Assembly (NCBI GenBank): GCA_964619725.1
Contig: CAZUFC010000005.1
Span: 74,418-138,417 of the forward strand
DNA: 64,000 nt
Direction: 5' to 3'
DNA from: an uncultured bacterium
GTDB lineage: Bacteria > CSSED10-310 > CAZUFC01
Below are positions 40,702-49,890 of the stretch, piece after piece. How positions within the stretch are numbered: the stretch's first letter is position 1; each line of letters begins with the position of its first letter. Made by a program: the position numbers and the translations under genes. Under the pieces are notes generated by a model. It was not told the origin of the DNA and searched no databases. It saw only the letters and a list, made by a program, of their open reading frames with translations.

Positions 40702-40814
40702 TAATTATTCCGAAATCAGAAGCCTTTGCTGCTGATTCTCATCGGAAGCTTGAAAAAATTATTCCTGGTCCAAAACCAATAACAAAAACGAAGAAGAGTA
40801 AAAGAGGCATGCCA

Positions 40815-41180
40815 TTATAGTTCAGCCTTTTTAATACTCAAAAGATCGCCCCGTCGTTCTTTAGTCAGATCATGACGTTTCAGTATCAACTCAAGAACCT
40901 GGTCCCAGGGAACTTTTTTCACTTTTAAACTGGTCCTCCCGGTGACGTCGTCATCAATGATAACGTCTAAATCGCCTATCTCCGCGAGAATTTTAATTAA
41001 TTCAGGGATTTCAATGTCCTTTACGTCTATTGAGACGGGTTTGCCTTTGTATTTGGACGATGAACGAACGGCATCTTTCAAATTCTGTTCTGTGAAAACA
41101 TCCACAGTCCATGCCGATACGAAAATGAGAAGCGCCGGCATCATAACAACGAATTTAACCGGTCTGGTTCTGGAATTCAT
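40815..41180 (-). CDS. small exported protein made of a single secretin N-terminal (STN/PilQ N0-like) domain
   Basis: YKGKPVSIDVKDIEIPELIKILAEIGDLDVIIDDDVTGRTSLKVKKVPWDQVLELIL matches the PilQ STN pattern; start after AAAGGAG. Confidence 0.82.
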   Translation of the reverse strand: MNSRTRPVKFVVMMPALLIFVSAWTVDVFTEQNLKDAVRSSSKYKGKPVSIDVKDIEIPELIKILAEIGDLDVIIDDDVTGRTSLKVKKVPWDQVLELILKRHDLTKERRGDLLSIKKAEL

Positions 41181-41204
41181 GGAATAAACTCCTTTCAATT
41201 TTTT

Positions 41205-42167
41205 TCATCCTCCAATATTTTTGATTTTATTTTGCACGAAAGGATGCAGCTTATCGACATTTAATTTTTTAACTGATTTGGTGGCCTTTCCGGGATTGAT
41301 ATTTCCGACGGCTTCTATCGCCAGGCCCTGCAAAAGCCAGTCATCGCTGTTCAATTTTTTCCGGAGAAGTTTGAGGGCTTTTTTACTTTTCATACGCCCC
41401 AGGATTTCCACTAAATGCAATTCCAAATAGCCCTCTGCTGTTTTCAGGGCTTTGACCATCTGTTTTTCTCCGGGTTTGCCGGTTTCGATGAGAGCTTCCG
41501 CTGCAGCATTTCTCACGGTGAAAACAGGATCGGAAAGGGTCTGGATCAACTCCGTAACAGCATTTTGCGATTTGATATGTCCCAATGCAACGGCCGCATA
41601 GATTCGATCAGCCTCTTTTTCGGCATTTAATCCTTGGACAAGAACGGGGACAGCCTCTTCAGCTTTCAGATCGCCTAATGACTGGAAAATGTATGATTGC
41701 AATTCGGCGTCCTGGCGGAGCAGCTCAAGCAGCGGCGGAACGGCTCGTCTGTCTTTTGAGTCGCCCAGGAAGCGCACGAGCAGTCTTCTTGTTCTGTCAT
41801 TTTCGTTTTGCAATCCTTCAATGAGGCCGGGAACCGCATCCGTACCTATGCTTTTCAGTATTTTTTCCAGGGTAACTCTAATAATTACATTTTTGATATG
41901 TAATTTCGAAATAAAGAACCTTATTCCTTCATCACCCTGATCAATGAAGAATTGAATAGCCGCCTCTTTTTCCTCCGTTTCTTTTCCCGGTTTAGCTCCG
42001 TAATTCACGGCTTTCTCGAATTGTTCTTCGTATTTGGTTTCATGGTCGTTGGCGAGGCCGGCCAGGCAAGGATCAAGAAACGGAAGGAATAAGGCGGCGG
42101 ATACTCCGATTAATAAAGCTGAGCGAAAGGAGGAGAAAAATTGGTTAAGATGAAGTTGGATTTTCAT
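41205..42167 (-). CDS. exported HEAT/PBS-lyase repeat protein
   Basis: Repeats AVPGLIEGL, AVPPLLELL, AVPVLVQGL, VRNAAAEAL; N-terminal hydrophobic segment. Confidence 0.88.
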   Translation of the reverse strand: MKIQLHLNQFFSSFRSALLIGVSAALFLPFLDPCLAGLANDHETKYEEQFEKAVNYGAKPGKETEEKEAAIQFFIDQGDEGIRFFISKLHIKNVIIRVTLEKILKSIGTDAVPGLIEGLQNENDRTRRLLVRFLGDSKDRRAVPPLLELLRQDAELQSYIFQSLGDLKAEEAVPVLVQGLNAEKEADRIYAAVALGHIKSQNAVTELIQTLSDPVFTVRNAAAEALIETGKPGEKQMVKALKTAEGYLELHLVEILGRMKSKKALKLLRKKLNSDDWLLQGLAIEAVGNINPGKATKSVKKLNVDKLHPFVQNKIKNIGG

Positions 42168-42182
42168 GATGCTGGTCTCCTT

Positions 42183-44264
42183 TCAGTTGCCGTTTGATTC
42201 GTATTGATTGAGGTTGGCTTCGACGTCAACGCCGGCGGCGTAGTAGGGTCTTGTGCGCCACATGCCTTCTTGGCCTCCGGCAGTATAGGCGTCTTTGCCG
42301 GCCAGATCGATAAAAACGGCTATGCTGCCGTATTCGCGGGAACTTTTTTGAGCGGAGCCCTGTGCATCCGCTTTTTTGCTGAAGTATCCGTCGTTTCCGG
42401 CCGAATCGATAAAAACGGCTACTGAATTATTGACGGCTGTTCCTTGTCCTCCGCCATCGCAGGTATAGTAATCATGACCCCATTTATCCAGCAGCCAGCC
42501 GACCGCGTAATCGTGAGCGAACCCCTGTGTGCATCCCTTGCATGCATATTTATCGTGGCCGCCTTTTTCTATGAGTATTCCGGTTGAAAGGTGAATACCC
42601 GATCCCTGTGCGTAATGCCGGGCATTGTAGGTATCGTTTCCCTGGCTATCGATGAGTATTCCGACTGAATACCAGTAGCTGGTTCCTTGAGCATAAACAT
42701 CACCGTTATAGAAGTCGTTGCCTTCATCATCGATCAGCATGCCTATGCCTCCGGACGCATAGGGACGAATTCCTATAGCGAAGCCCTGCGAGAGGCTCAG
42801 GTAATCCTCCGGCAATCTTCCATAGTCATGATAAAGACCGCCGGCGTAGTATAGATCGTCTCCTGTTTCGTCATGTAATGCGCCGATGCCCCCTGTGTAG
42901 CCGAATCCCTGGGCATACAACCGGGCATAGTAAACATCCTTGCCGGAGGAATCGCAGAGCAGTCCGGCGCCGAAGGCTCCCGCTCCCTGCACTGTTTTAT
43001 CGGCCCGGTATACGTCGTCACCCTGTTCATCCGATAATACTCCGATACCGAAATATCCTGCCCCCTGACTCAGGCTTTTCCCTTCATAAATATCATTTCC
43101 CGAAAGATCGAAAACCGCTCCTATGCCGAAAATGCCCGCTCCCTGCACTCCATTTTCGAAACTCATATAACGATCATCACCCGCCAGATCGATAACAGTC
43201 GACAGCCTGCGGCCCATATATCCGGCTGCGCCTCCTCCGCTGTTCCGGTAAACGTCCTTGCCGTCCGGATCAATGATCAGGAAATGTTCAATATCCTCAT
43301 ACTCGTCGTTGTCCCAGGAACCGATTATGATCTTTCCCAGAGGAGTTAAAATTTCTGTTCTCTTTTCCGGAAAATACCGCGTATCTTTTTGAGCAGCGAC
43401 TGAACTGACGCCCGCGCTTACTCTTCCGGTCCGCCTCGTTTCGCCCGACCCGCTTTTTTCCCTTAATTCCAAAATGTCGGTCTTTAACTCCTCGACAGCT
43501 TCAAAATATTCCACTCCGGCTGTGAACAATAAATTTCTGTCCATCCGGTCATAGGGACCCAGAATATTCGCTTTCACCCATGTTTCATCGTCCATCTCTT
43601 CCCGCTTTTCGGACGCGGCCCTTATCTCTGCATTCGTTATGCCCAGGCTGTTCAAATAGCTGATGTCGCCCGCATAACTCTCCTTCGCTTCCGCCGTCTC
43701 CTCTTCATCCGGCATCACCCCGTTTTCCGCAAACCGCTCAATTAGCAATATCTCCATTTCTTCCGAAAGAATTTCACTGAATGCTGTTTTCACTTTGTCG
43801 TCTATCAGCAAACACTTCAGCAAAAACGATTTAAGACTCCTCTCCAATTCCGGCGATACAGGCATCGGCTTGTTTAAATCCGGTAAATAATTCTCTTTGA
43901 TCTCTTCCGCAGCCTCAGATGTATCAATATCTGCATCAGATGCATCAGCCATCGATTCCACTATATCGGATATGCTCCTCTCCGGCATAAACGTCTTTTG
44001 AACAGATTCCGCAAATTCCGGACATAACAGAGGATTATTCAATAATTCCGCGGCTGCTGAAAAACGATAGTCGTCCTCCACATAATCCCTTTTAAACCGT
44101 AAATCATCTTTTGTGGCCTTTATGCTCCGCAGAGCATCCCTGAAATAACGCCTCTCCAGCTCTCCGAATGTTTTTTCCTCACTCAACACGGGACGATACT
44201 GATTAAGAATACATGCTTGAACGCAAAAAAACAGCCCGATGCAAAAAAACAATTTTTTCCTCAT
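42183..44264 (-). CDS. exported protein with tandem DxxGxDxY-(x)n-QG repeats
   Basis: More than ten repeats such as IDLAGDDRY, DEQGDDVY, DDEGNDFY, DSQGNDTY, each followed by QG.G; signal-like N-terminus. Confidence 0.82.
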   Translation of the reverse strand: MRKKLFFCIGLFFCVQACILNQYRPVLSEEKTFGELERRYFRDALRSIKATKDDLRFKRDYVEDDYRFSAAAELLNNPLLCPEFAESVQKTFMPERSISDIVESMADASDADIDTSEAAEEIKENYLPDLNKPMPVSPELERSLKSFLLKCLLIDDKVKTAFSEILSEEMEILLIERFAENGVMPDEEETAEAKESYAGDISYLNSLGITNAEIRAASEKREEMDDETWVKANILGPYDRMDRNLLFTAGVEYFEAVEELKTDILELREKSGSGETRRTGRVSAGVSSVAAQKDTRYFPEKRTEILTPLGKIIIGSWDNDEYEDIEHFLIIDPDGKDVYRNSGGGAAGYMGRRLSTVIDLAGDDRYMSFENGVQGAGIFGIGAVFDLSGNDIYEGKSLSQGAGYFGIGVLSDEQGDDVYRADKTVQGAGAFGAGLLCDSSGKDVYYARLYAQGFGYTGGIGALHDETGDDLYYAGGLYHDYGRLPEDYLSLSQGFAIGIRPYASGGIGMLIDDEGNDFYNGDVYAQGTSYWYSVGILIDSQGNDTYNARHYAQGSGIHLSTGILIEKGGHDKYACKGCTQGFAHDYAVGWLLDKWGHDYYTCDGGGQGTAVNNSVAVFIDSAGNDGYFSKKADAQGSAQKSSREYGSIAVFIDLAGKDAYTAGGQEGMWRTRPYYAAGVDVEANLNQYESNGN

Positions 44265-44468
44265 AACCAAGCCTTTCTGAAAGACGAAGATGTTGAGAAA
44301 CCGACTCTTCTCAGTTCCAGTTTACAAGAAATAACGAGCAAGGAAAGAAGGAATGAATAAACAGGGGGAAAATGATTGCCCATAAAGAACAACAAATTTG
44401 AATAGAGGATTTCGAAAACCTTTGACGCTTTTTTCCAATATTTTTATCGCCTGGATCGTTCTGATCAA

Positions 44469-45539
44469 TCACCGTCTTCGTTTCAATTTGAGGTAAGACC
44501 GGCGGAAAAGCAGCATGCCCAGCGCCGCGGTCAGGATTATCAATCCGGCGGAGGATGCTGAAGGGACCAGTACCGGCGTGGGTTCAGACGTGAATGTGGG
44601 TGTAGGGGTGAACTCCGGCGAAGGAGTCCATGTGGGCAAATTGCATTCATGCATGAATGTTATCTGAAAACTAGTATTCAGAATATGATTAAAATAATTC
44701 CATTGAGCCGCATCGTTTTTCAGCAGAGCATCGAGCCACGGCACAAGAAACTGGTTCGTTAACTCATGCTGCTGTTCTCGCGTGATGCCGGGATCGGGAT
44801 ACTGCTCCTCGATATTATCGCACGCATAAGTATATTCCGCATACTGGCAATGATTGGCGCCCGTGATGATGATCAGGGTTTTGCAATCGGAGCTCAAAGC
44901 ATTGTAATACGGTATCTGATAATCACCAGGCGGCGTAAGATAGTCGTCCGATCCCCCGAAAATGAGCGACGGGACTGTTATGCCGGAAAGATCATACATG
45001 GATGCCTGTCCGCAGGCGAAATTGGCGATGGCCGTCACCGCCGGATCGGCCAGGGCAGCCGCAAAAGTAACGACGCCGCCCATGGAATGTCCCAGCACGG
45101 CAAATTCGTCCCCAACCTTCTGATAAAAAATAGACGACGGCATGGTATTGACTTCCTGCAGTTTATGCGCCACAAACAGCAGGTCCAGCGCAAACTCATC
45201 CTTGTCCGGATTCATGCCCATTTCCGTCTTGGGAAAAGCCGTTATGTATCCCGCCGGCGCCAGAGCCGTCCAATAATTCTCATAAGCCGTCCACGCCATC
45301 ATTCGGCCGTGCCCGTAAGAAACTACCGGGAATCCGTCAGGTCCCGGATCAGCCACTGGAACATCCGCTCCTTCAGTATCCGCAGGATAATATATCTCCG
45401 TCGGTATCTGACGGCTGCGGCCCGGATCAATAAAATTGCGGGTCGTCTGGCCAATCTGCCAGTCAGCGCTCACCCCCGCAGCCATTATTAAAGAATTCCA
45501 TAACGCCCAAAAACTTAAAAACATTTTTAATGATTTCAT
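44469..45539 (-). CDS. secreted alpha/beta hydrolase (chlorophyllase/cutinase-like) with PT linker and IPTL-CTERM-like anchor
   Basis: IYYPA, HG, GHSMGG nucleophile elbow, GSDD, GANHC; ends LVPSASSAGLIILTAALGMLLFRR. Confidence 0.85.
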   Translation of the reverse strand: MKSLKMFLSFWALWNSLIMAAGVSADWQIGQTTRNFIDPGRSRQIPTEIYYPADTEGADVPVADPGPDGFPVVSYGHGRMMAWTAYENYWTALAPAGYITAFPKTEMGMNPDKDEFALDLLFVAHKLQEVNTMPSSIFYQKVGDEFAVLGHSMGGVVTFAAALADPAVTAIANFACGQASMYDLSGITVPSLIFGGSDDYLTPPGDYQIPYYNALSSDCKTLIIITGANHCQYAEYTYACDNIEEQYPDPGITREQQHELTNQFLVPWLDALLKNDAAQWNYFNHILNTSFQITFMHECNLPTWTPSPEFTPTPTFTSEPTPVLVPSASSAGLIILTAALGMLLFRRSYLKLKRRR

Positions 45540-45672
45540 GGAAAACTCTCCCTTTATAAATTCCCAGGAAACATTTCGTCGACCTTAAGATAAAATCATT
45601 ATAAACTGTTTTTTCTCAAATTTAAAATTTTATCTGAAATCCGGGTTAAGGAAGTTATTGTCATTCAGGAAT

Positions 45673-45937
45673 GGATCAGAGCCCTTCGCAAGACAGGATG
45701 TTCAGATATCGGGGTCGGTATCGGTATCGCAATCGCAATAAATAATAACGAGGAAAGGTGATTTGTCCTAATGCCGGCGACAATTCGGGAGAGGAAAAGT
45801 TCCGTTTCGTCCATGCGGGATCAGAGCTCTTCGCAGGCTATTGCGGCAAGCACATAGAATCCAACCTGATCCGGCAGCCGATACCCAGCATCAAGCATCC
45901 AGAAAGGGGTCAGAGCCCTTCGCAAACCCTTCGCAAA
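45673..45937 (+). repeat. cluster of three REP-like repeats plus a GGGGTC/GGTATC hexamer stretch
   Basis: GGATCAGAGCCCTTCGCAA (45673), GGATCAGAGCTCTTCGCA (45818), GGGGTCAGAGCCCTTCGCAAACCCTTCGCAAA (45906); ATCGGGGTCGGTATCGGTATCGCAATCG near 45708. Confidence 0.72.
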
Positions 45938-45971
45938 CCAGGACTGTATGTGGCCAACCTCTGCTGGTCAT

Positions 45972-47249
45972 TTACTCATCAATGGGCGAAAGCGCCCACG
46001 CGCTCGGAACCGCCAGGATGGAATCCTCGAATTCGTGGATTTCGCGGTCCTGGGAGAACACGAACGCTCCCAGTAAAGGTTTGTCAAGGATTTCCTGGAG
46101 TCCGCGGAGGGAGCGGGCGTGGACGCCGGCGACACGGGACGCGCTTTTAATTTCGATGGCTACGAATGCTTCACTCGTTTCGATCAGGATATCTACTTCA
46201 CGTCCATCGTAAGTTCTAATGAAATGTAGGTCCACGGGAAGCCGGGCGTTTTTTAGCTGTTTCAGTATCTCGGCCGCCACCGCGGATTCATACTCCTCGC
46301 CCGTGACGTCGCCGGTCCTCCCGACAATGGCCCGGCGAATCCCAGGGTCCAGAAAATGGACCTTCGGCGCCTTGGACAACCGCTTCTCCATGTTTCTGAA
46401 GTAAGGCCGCAGGATGACGACTTGATAGCTCAATTCGAGATACCGTAAATATCGACGCGCAGTATTCGCACTAACAGCGGCTGCCCTGGCTAAGTCGCTG
46501 AAGTTGACCAGCTTGCCGCTCCGGGAGGCGATGGCCGATTGCGCCAAAACAAACGGTTCCAGGTCGCTCATTACCGCCAAATCCGCTACATCCCGCTCAA
46601 GATACGTCCGCTGATAGTCGCGGAGCCATAACCGCCGTTCCTCGTTCGTTATATCCTGGTGATGAACAACCGGCATTCCCCCGTACTTCAGGTAAAAATC
46701 GAAGAGTCCCGCGAAACGGGCGAAGCTCCGGCTGGCGACTGGAATGCCCCGGAATAGGCTGAGGTCAGTCGTGCCCTTCCTGAGCCATGAGACAAGACGC
46801 GATTCCGAGACCGGGTCTTCCCAGGACGTAGTCGCCATCTCTGGCAATGTCAGGGGCCAGAGTTCCTCGATTGCAGCCCTGCCGGCCATACTTTCTTTGA
46901 CTTTGGACAGCAGTAGGATTTGCGCGCTGCCCAACAGCACGTAACGGACCTCTTCACTCCGGTCGTAAGCGGCTTTGATCGATTCGATAAGCGTCGGCGC
47001 TTTCTGCACCTCGTCGAGGACCGCCCGGGGATAACGCTCGATCCATTCCGCCGCCGACATTCGTGTGTAAGCGGGACGAAGCGTCGGGTCCTCCAGAGAT
47101 ATGAAAGGTAAATCTCCGAATGTACGACGGGCCAATGTGGTTTTGCCGGTCTGTCGAGCGCCCGTGATAACGAGCAATCGTCCAAGTCGCCCCTGCGCTC
47201 GTTTTATGACATGCTGTTTAATAGCTCTGTTGATCATTTGTATTTCCAT
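45972..47249 (-). CDS. AAA_14 ATPase with DUF4143 domain
   Basis: TGARQTGKTT, LDEVQK, ESMAGR, YGGMP, YLERDV, KRLSKAPK, GREVD, EIK. Confidence 0.93.
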   Translation of the reverse strand: MEIQMINRAIKQHVIKRAQGRLGRLLVITGARQTGKTTLARRTFGDLPFISLEDPTLRPAYTRMSAAEWIERYPRAVLDEVQKAPTLIESIKAAYDRSEEVRYVLLGSAQILLLSKVKESMAGRAAIEELWPLTLPEMATTSWEDPVSESRLVSWLRKGTTDLSLFRGIPVASRSFARFAGLFDFYLKYGGMPVVHHQDITNEERRLWLRDYQRTYLERDVADLAVMSDLEPFVLAQSAIASRSGKLVNFSDLARAAAVSANTARRYLRYLELSYQVVILRPYFRNMEKRLSKAPKVHFLDPGIRRAIVGRTGDVTGEEYESAVAAEILKQLKNARLPVDLHFIRTYDGREVDILIETSEAFVAIEIKSASRVAGVHARSLRGLQEILDKPLLGAFVFSQDREIHEFEDSILAVPSAWALSPIDE

Positions 47250-47275
47250 AAAGGCGTAAAATATTCAAGCAATTG

Positions 47276-47304
47276 ATAATAATACGCCATTAATAAAATG
47301 TCAA
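47276..47304 (-). promoter_or_regulatory. sigma70 promoter of the AAA/DUF4143 gene
   Basis: Minus strand TTGACA-N17-TATTAT. Confidence 0.6.
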
Positions 47305-47331
47305 TAATTGTTTTTTAACAAAATCCGGAAT

Positions 47332-47351
47332 GGGGTCGGAGCCCTCCGCAA
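47332..47351 (+). repeat. REP-like repeat (variant)
   Basis: GGGGTCGGAGCCCTCCGCAA. Confidence 0.65.
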
Positions 47352-47438
47352 TCCCTTGCGTCTGCGATAGAGCGTCCGGGATTATCGGTCATGCGGTATT
47401 CGGAACCCAGCATCCGTGCAATGAGTTGGACCCGGTTG

Positions 47439-48755
47439 TTATTCCGTTGACGGTTTTTCCAGACTGTAGTCGCTTATTTTTTTGTACAGGGTGCCGCGGC
47501 TTATTCCCAGTATCGCAGCGGATTCCTTGATGTTCCAGCTTTTGGCGTGCAATACCCTCTCTATGTAATCCGCTTCCACTTCCGATAACGGACACAACTG
47601 AAAAGTCTTCTGGACCGGCTCCTCCTTCTGACGGGGCTTCAGAAAATGCAGGTGCTCCGCTTTTATCACGTTTCCCCTGGCTATCACCACGCTCCTGGAT
47701 ATTACGTTTTCCAGCTCTCTTATGTTGCCCGGCCAGTCATAATCCAGCAACGCTGATATGGCATCGCTGCTCAGTCGCTTGGAATCCTCCGCCATGTTGT
47801 TCTTTCGCAGAACCTTTCTTAAAAATTCCGCGGATAATATCGGTATGTCCTTCTTGCGTTCCCGCAATGACGGTATCCTGATCGGAAATACATTGATCCT
47901 GTAATATAAATCCTCCCTGAACTTCTCCTGCTCGATCAATGACTCCAAATCCTGGTTCGTCGCGCTGATCAAACGGAAATCAGACTCTATCGGTTCCGTA
48001 CCTCCTACACGCTCAAATTTCTTCGTCTCCAATACCCGCAAAAGCTTGATCTGCGAATATATCGGCATGTCGCCTATCTCATCCAGAAATAACGTCCCTT
48101 TGTCCGCTAACTCCAAACGGCCTACCTTGCGCGTGCCCGCTCCCGTAAACGAACCCTTCTCATATCCGAATAACTCCGCCTCTAACAATGTCTCCGGCAG
48201 CGCTGCACAGTTTATCGCATGAAATTCGCCCTTGTTCCGGCGACTTAATTCATGGATCGCACGACTCACCAGCTCCTTCCCGGAACCCGTCGGCCCCCTG
48301 ATCAATACCGATATGTCCGTCTTCGCCACCGTCGTGATTAACTCAAACACGACCTTCATCTTCTCATCTACGCCGATCATCCCCTCAAAATACTTGTTCC
48401 TTACATCATCGAATATCGATTCGCGACTCGCCTTGTCCGTTAACATATTCCGGATGATCGAACGCACCCTCGTGTTGCGCGGCGAATGAAATCCATATAA
48501 CGTCATATCCTGAGACGGCTCGCATACCTTGCGGACTATGTCGAATTCCACCATCGGCTCTAAACAGGACTCCACGTCGCTTACCATGCGTCCCGTCATA
48601 TGAGCCAACTGCTGGATGCTGTAAAGATTCTCCCTGTTCTCAGCCATGTGCTTGAACAACTGCTTGCGCAAGGGTGAAATAAATAAGCATTTAATCTCAG
48701 TATATAAAGGATCTTGAAGTTCTGCTCCGCAGCTTCGTTCCTGGTAACTTTCCAT
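47439..48755 (-). CDS. sigma-54-interacting AAA+ transcriptional regulator with N-terminal winged-helix-like domain and Fis HTH
   Basis: GPTGSGKE, INCAALPE, ELFGYEKGSFTGA, LFLDEIG, WPGNIREL, AAILGISRGTLYKK; no receiver domain. Confidence 0.92.
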   Translation of the reverse strand: MESYQERSCGAELQDPLYTEIKCLFISPLRKQLFKHMAENRENLYSIQQLAHMTGRMVSDVESCLEPMVEFDIVRKVCEPSQDMTLYGFHSPRNTRVRSIIRNMLTDKASRESIFDDVRNKYFEGMIGVDEKMKVVFELITTVAKTDISVLIRGPTGSGKELVSRAIHELSRRNKGEFHAINCAALPETLLEAELFGYEKGSFTGAGTRKVGRLELADKGTLFLDEIGDMPIYSQIKLLRVLETKKFERVGGTEPIESDFRLISATNQDLESLIEQEKFREDLYYRINVFPIRIPSLRERKKDIPILSAEFLRKVLRKNNMAEDSKRLSSDAISALLDYDWPGNIRELENVISRSVVIARGNVIKAEHLHFLKPRQKEEPVQKTFQLCPLSEVEADYIERVLHAKSWNIKESAAILGISRGTLYKKISDYSLEKPSTE

Positions 48756-48960
48756 GCTGTCTCCAGCGCCTGTTTCCCACATCTTGTCGCGTCAATTCCC
48801 CGAAGGTCCTTCTGGCGATTACCCACAACCTCCGCCGTTTATTATAAGAACAATCCTCAAAAAATCAAGAAATATTGCAAAAACACAAATTGTGGCAATT
48901 ATTGCAAAAATTATATCCGGGCAAGAAACGGCAGGAAAGAGAAGCGGATATCAGCGCGGG

Positions 48961-49839
48961 TCAGGAAGCATCATTTTTATCATCTGACCGTTTGGGAGGG
49001 TGATTGGGGAGATGTGCGGGACGGCTTTTAGGGACATAGCCTGCCGGTTTGGGTTTTTTTCGGTTTTTTTTGGATTTGGGTTGAGGCACGAATGTTTTCT
49101 TAAGGAAATGTTTCAGGGAAATAGCGATGGATTTTTTTTCTTTTTTAAGGGCCTGGCTAATTTCATTCACGCCTTTTCTGGCGATTCTGTTGTTGGGGTC
49201 CCATGCGAGGGCTTTTTTATAGCTTGATCTGGCATCGACCAGGTTGCCCATTTTCTGGCAGATTCTTCCGCGCAGAGTATGATAATTAACGTTTTCGTTA
49301 TTGATTTTAATGGCTTGATCGATATTTGTAAGAGCGTCTTTTCTCCATTTAGGGTGACTCATTTGGGCGAGTGCGAGTTTAGCGAAGTATTCGGGATTTT
49401 CGGGATTGAGTGCGACGGCGGATTCGAAGAAATTGATGGCTGTGGTGATATTTTTATTTTTAAGGCAATCCAGCCCTTTATTGTATTGAGCGTGAGCGAC
49501 TTTGATGGGTTTACCTGATTTAACGTGAAGCCCTTTGGCTTCAGCGGAGAAGAGTTCCTGGTCATATTTCAGTTTTTGTTCTTGATTTGTCAGCGTATTG
49601 TAGGCTTCGTTAAGGGCGTTGAAGATTTTTTCGAGTTTATCTTTGAGCTCGTCATCGATATCTCGACCGAAATTATCGGGATGCAGTTCTCTGACCTGTT
49701 TACGGTAACCCGCTTTAATTTGATGAGGTTCAGCTTTACGTCTGATGGAGAGCAGTTCGTAATAATTCATCCGATCGAGTCGGGCGTAGATATCCTCGAT
49801 TTTTTTTAATTTTTCTTCATTTACGCTTTCGTTATTCAT
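48961..49839 (-). CDS. DnaJ-domain TPR protein
   Basis: NYYELL...LHPD...NEAYNTL, followed by TPR repeats. Confidence 0.9.
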   Translation of the reverse strand: MNNESVNEEKLKKIEDIYARLDRMNYYELLSIRRKAEPHQIKAGYRKQVRELHPDNFGRDIDDELKDKLEKIFNALNEAYNTLTNQEQKLKYDQELFSAEAKGLHVKSGKPIKVAHAQYNKGLDCLKNKNITTAINFFESAVALNPENPEYFAKLALAQMSHPKWRKDALTNIDQAIKINNENVNYHTLRGRICQKMGNLVDARSSYKKALAWDPNNRIARKGVNEISQALKKEKKSIAISLKHFLKKTFVPQPKSKKNRKKPKPAGYVPKSRPAHLPNHPPKRSDDKNDAS

Positions 49840-49890
49840 AATGATTCAAAATCCTTTAAGGTTCCCGTGAAGGCAAAGCGGAATCGGAAG

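Noticed and set aside
48893-48906. TGGCAATTATTGCA as a sigma54 promoter
   Set aside because: GG-to-GC spacing is 8 nt rather than the required 10.
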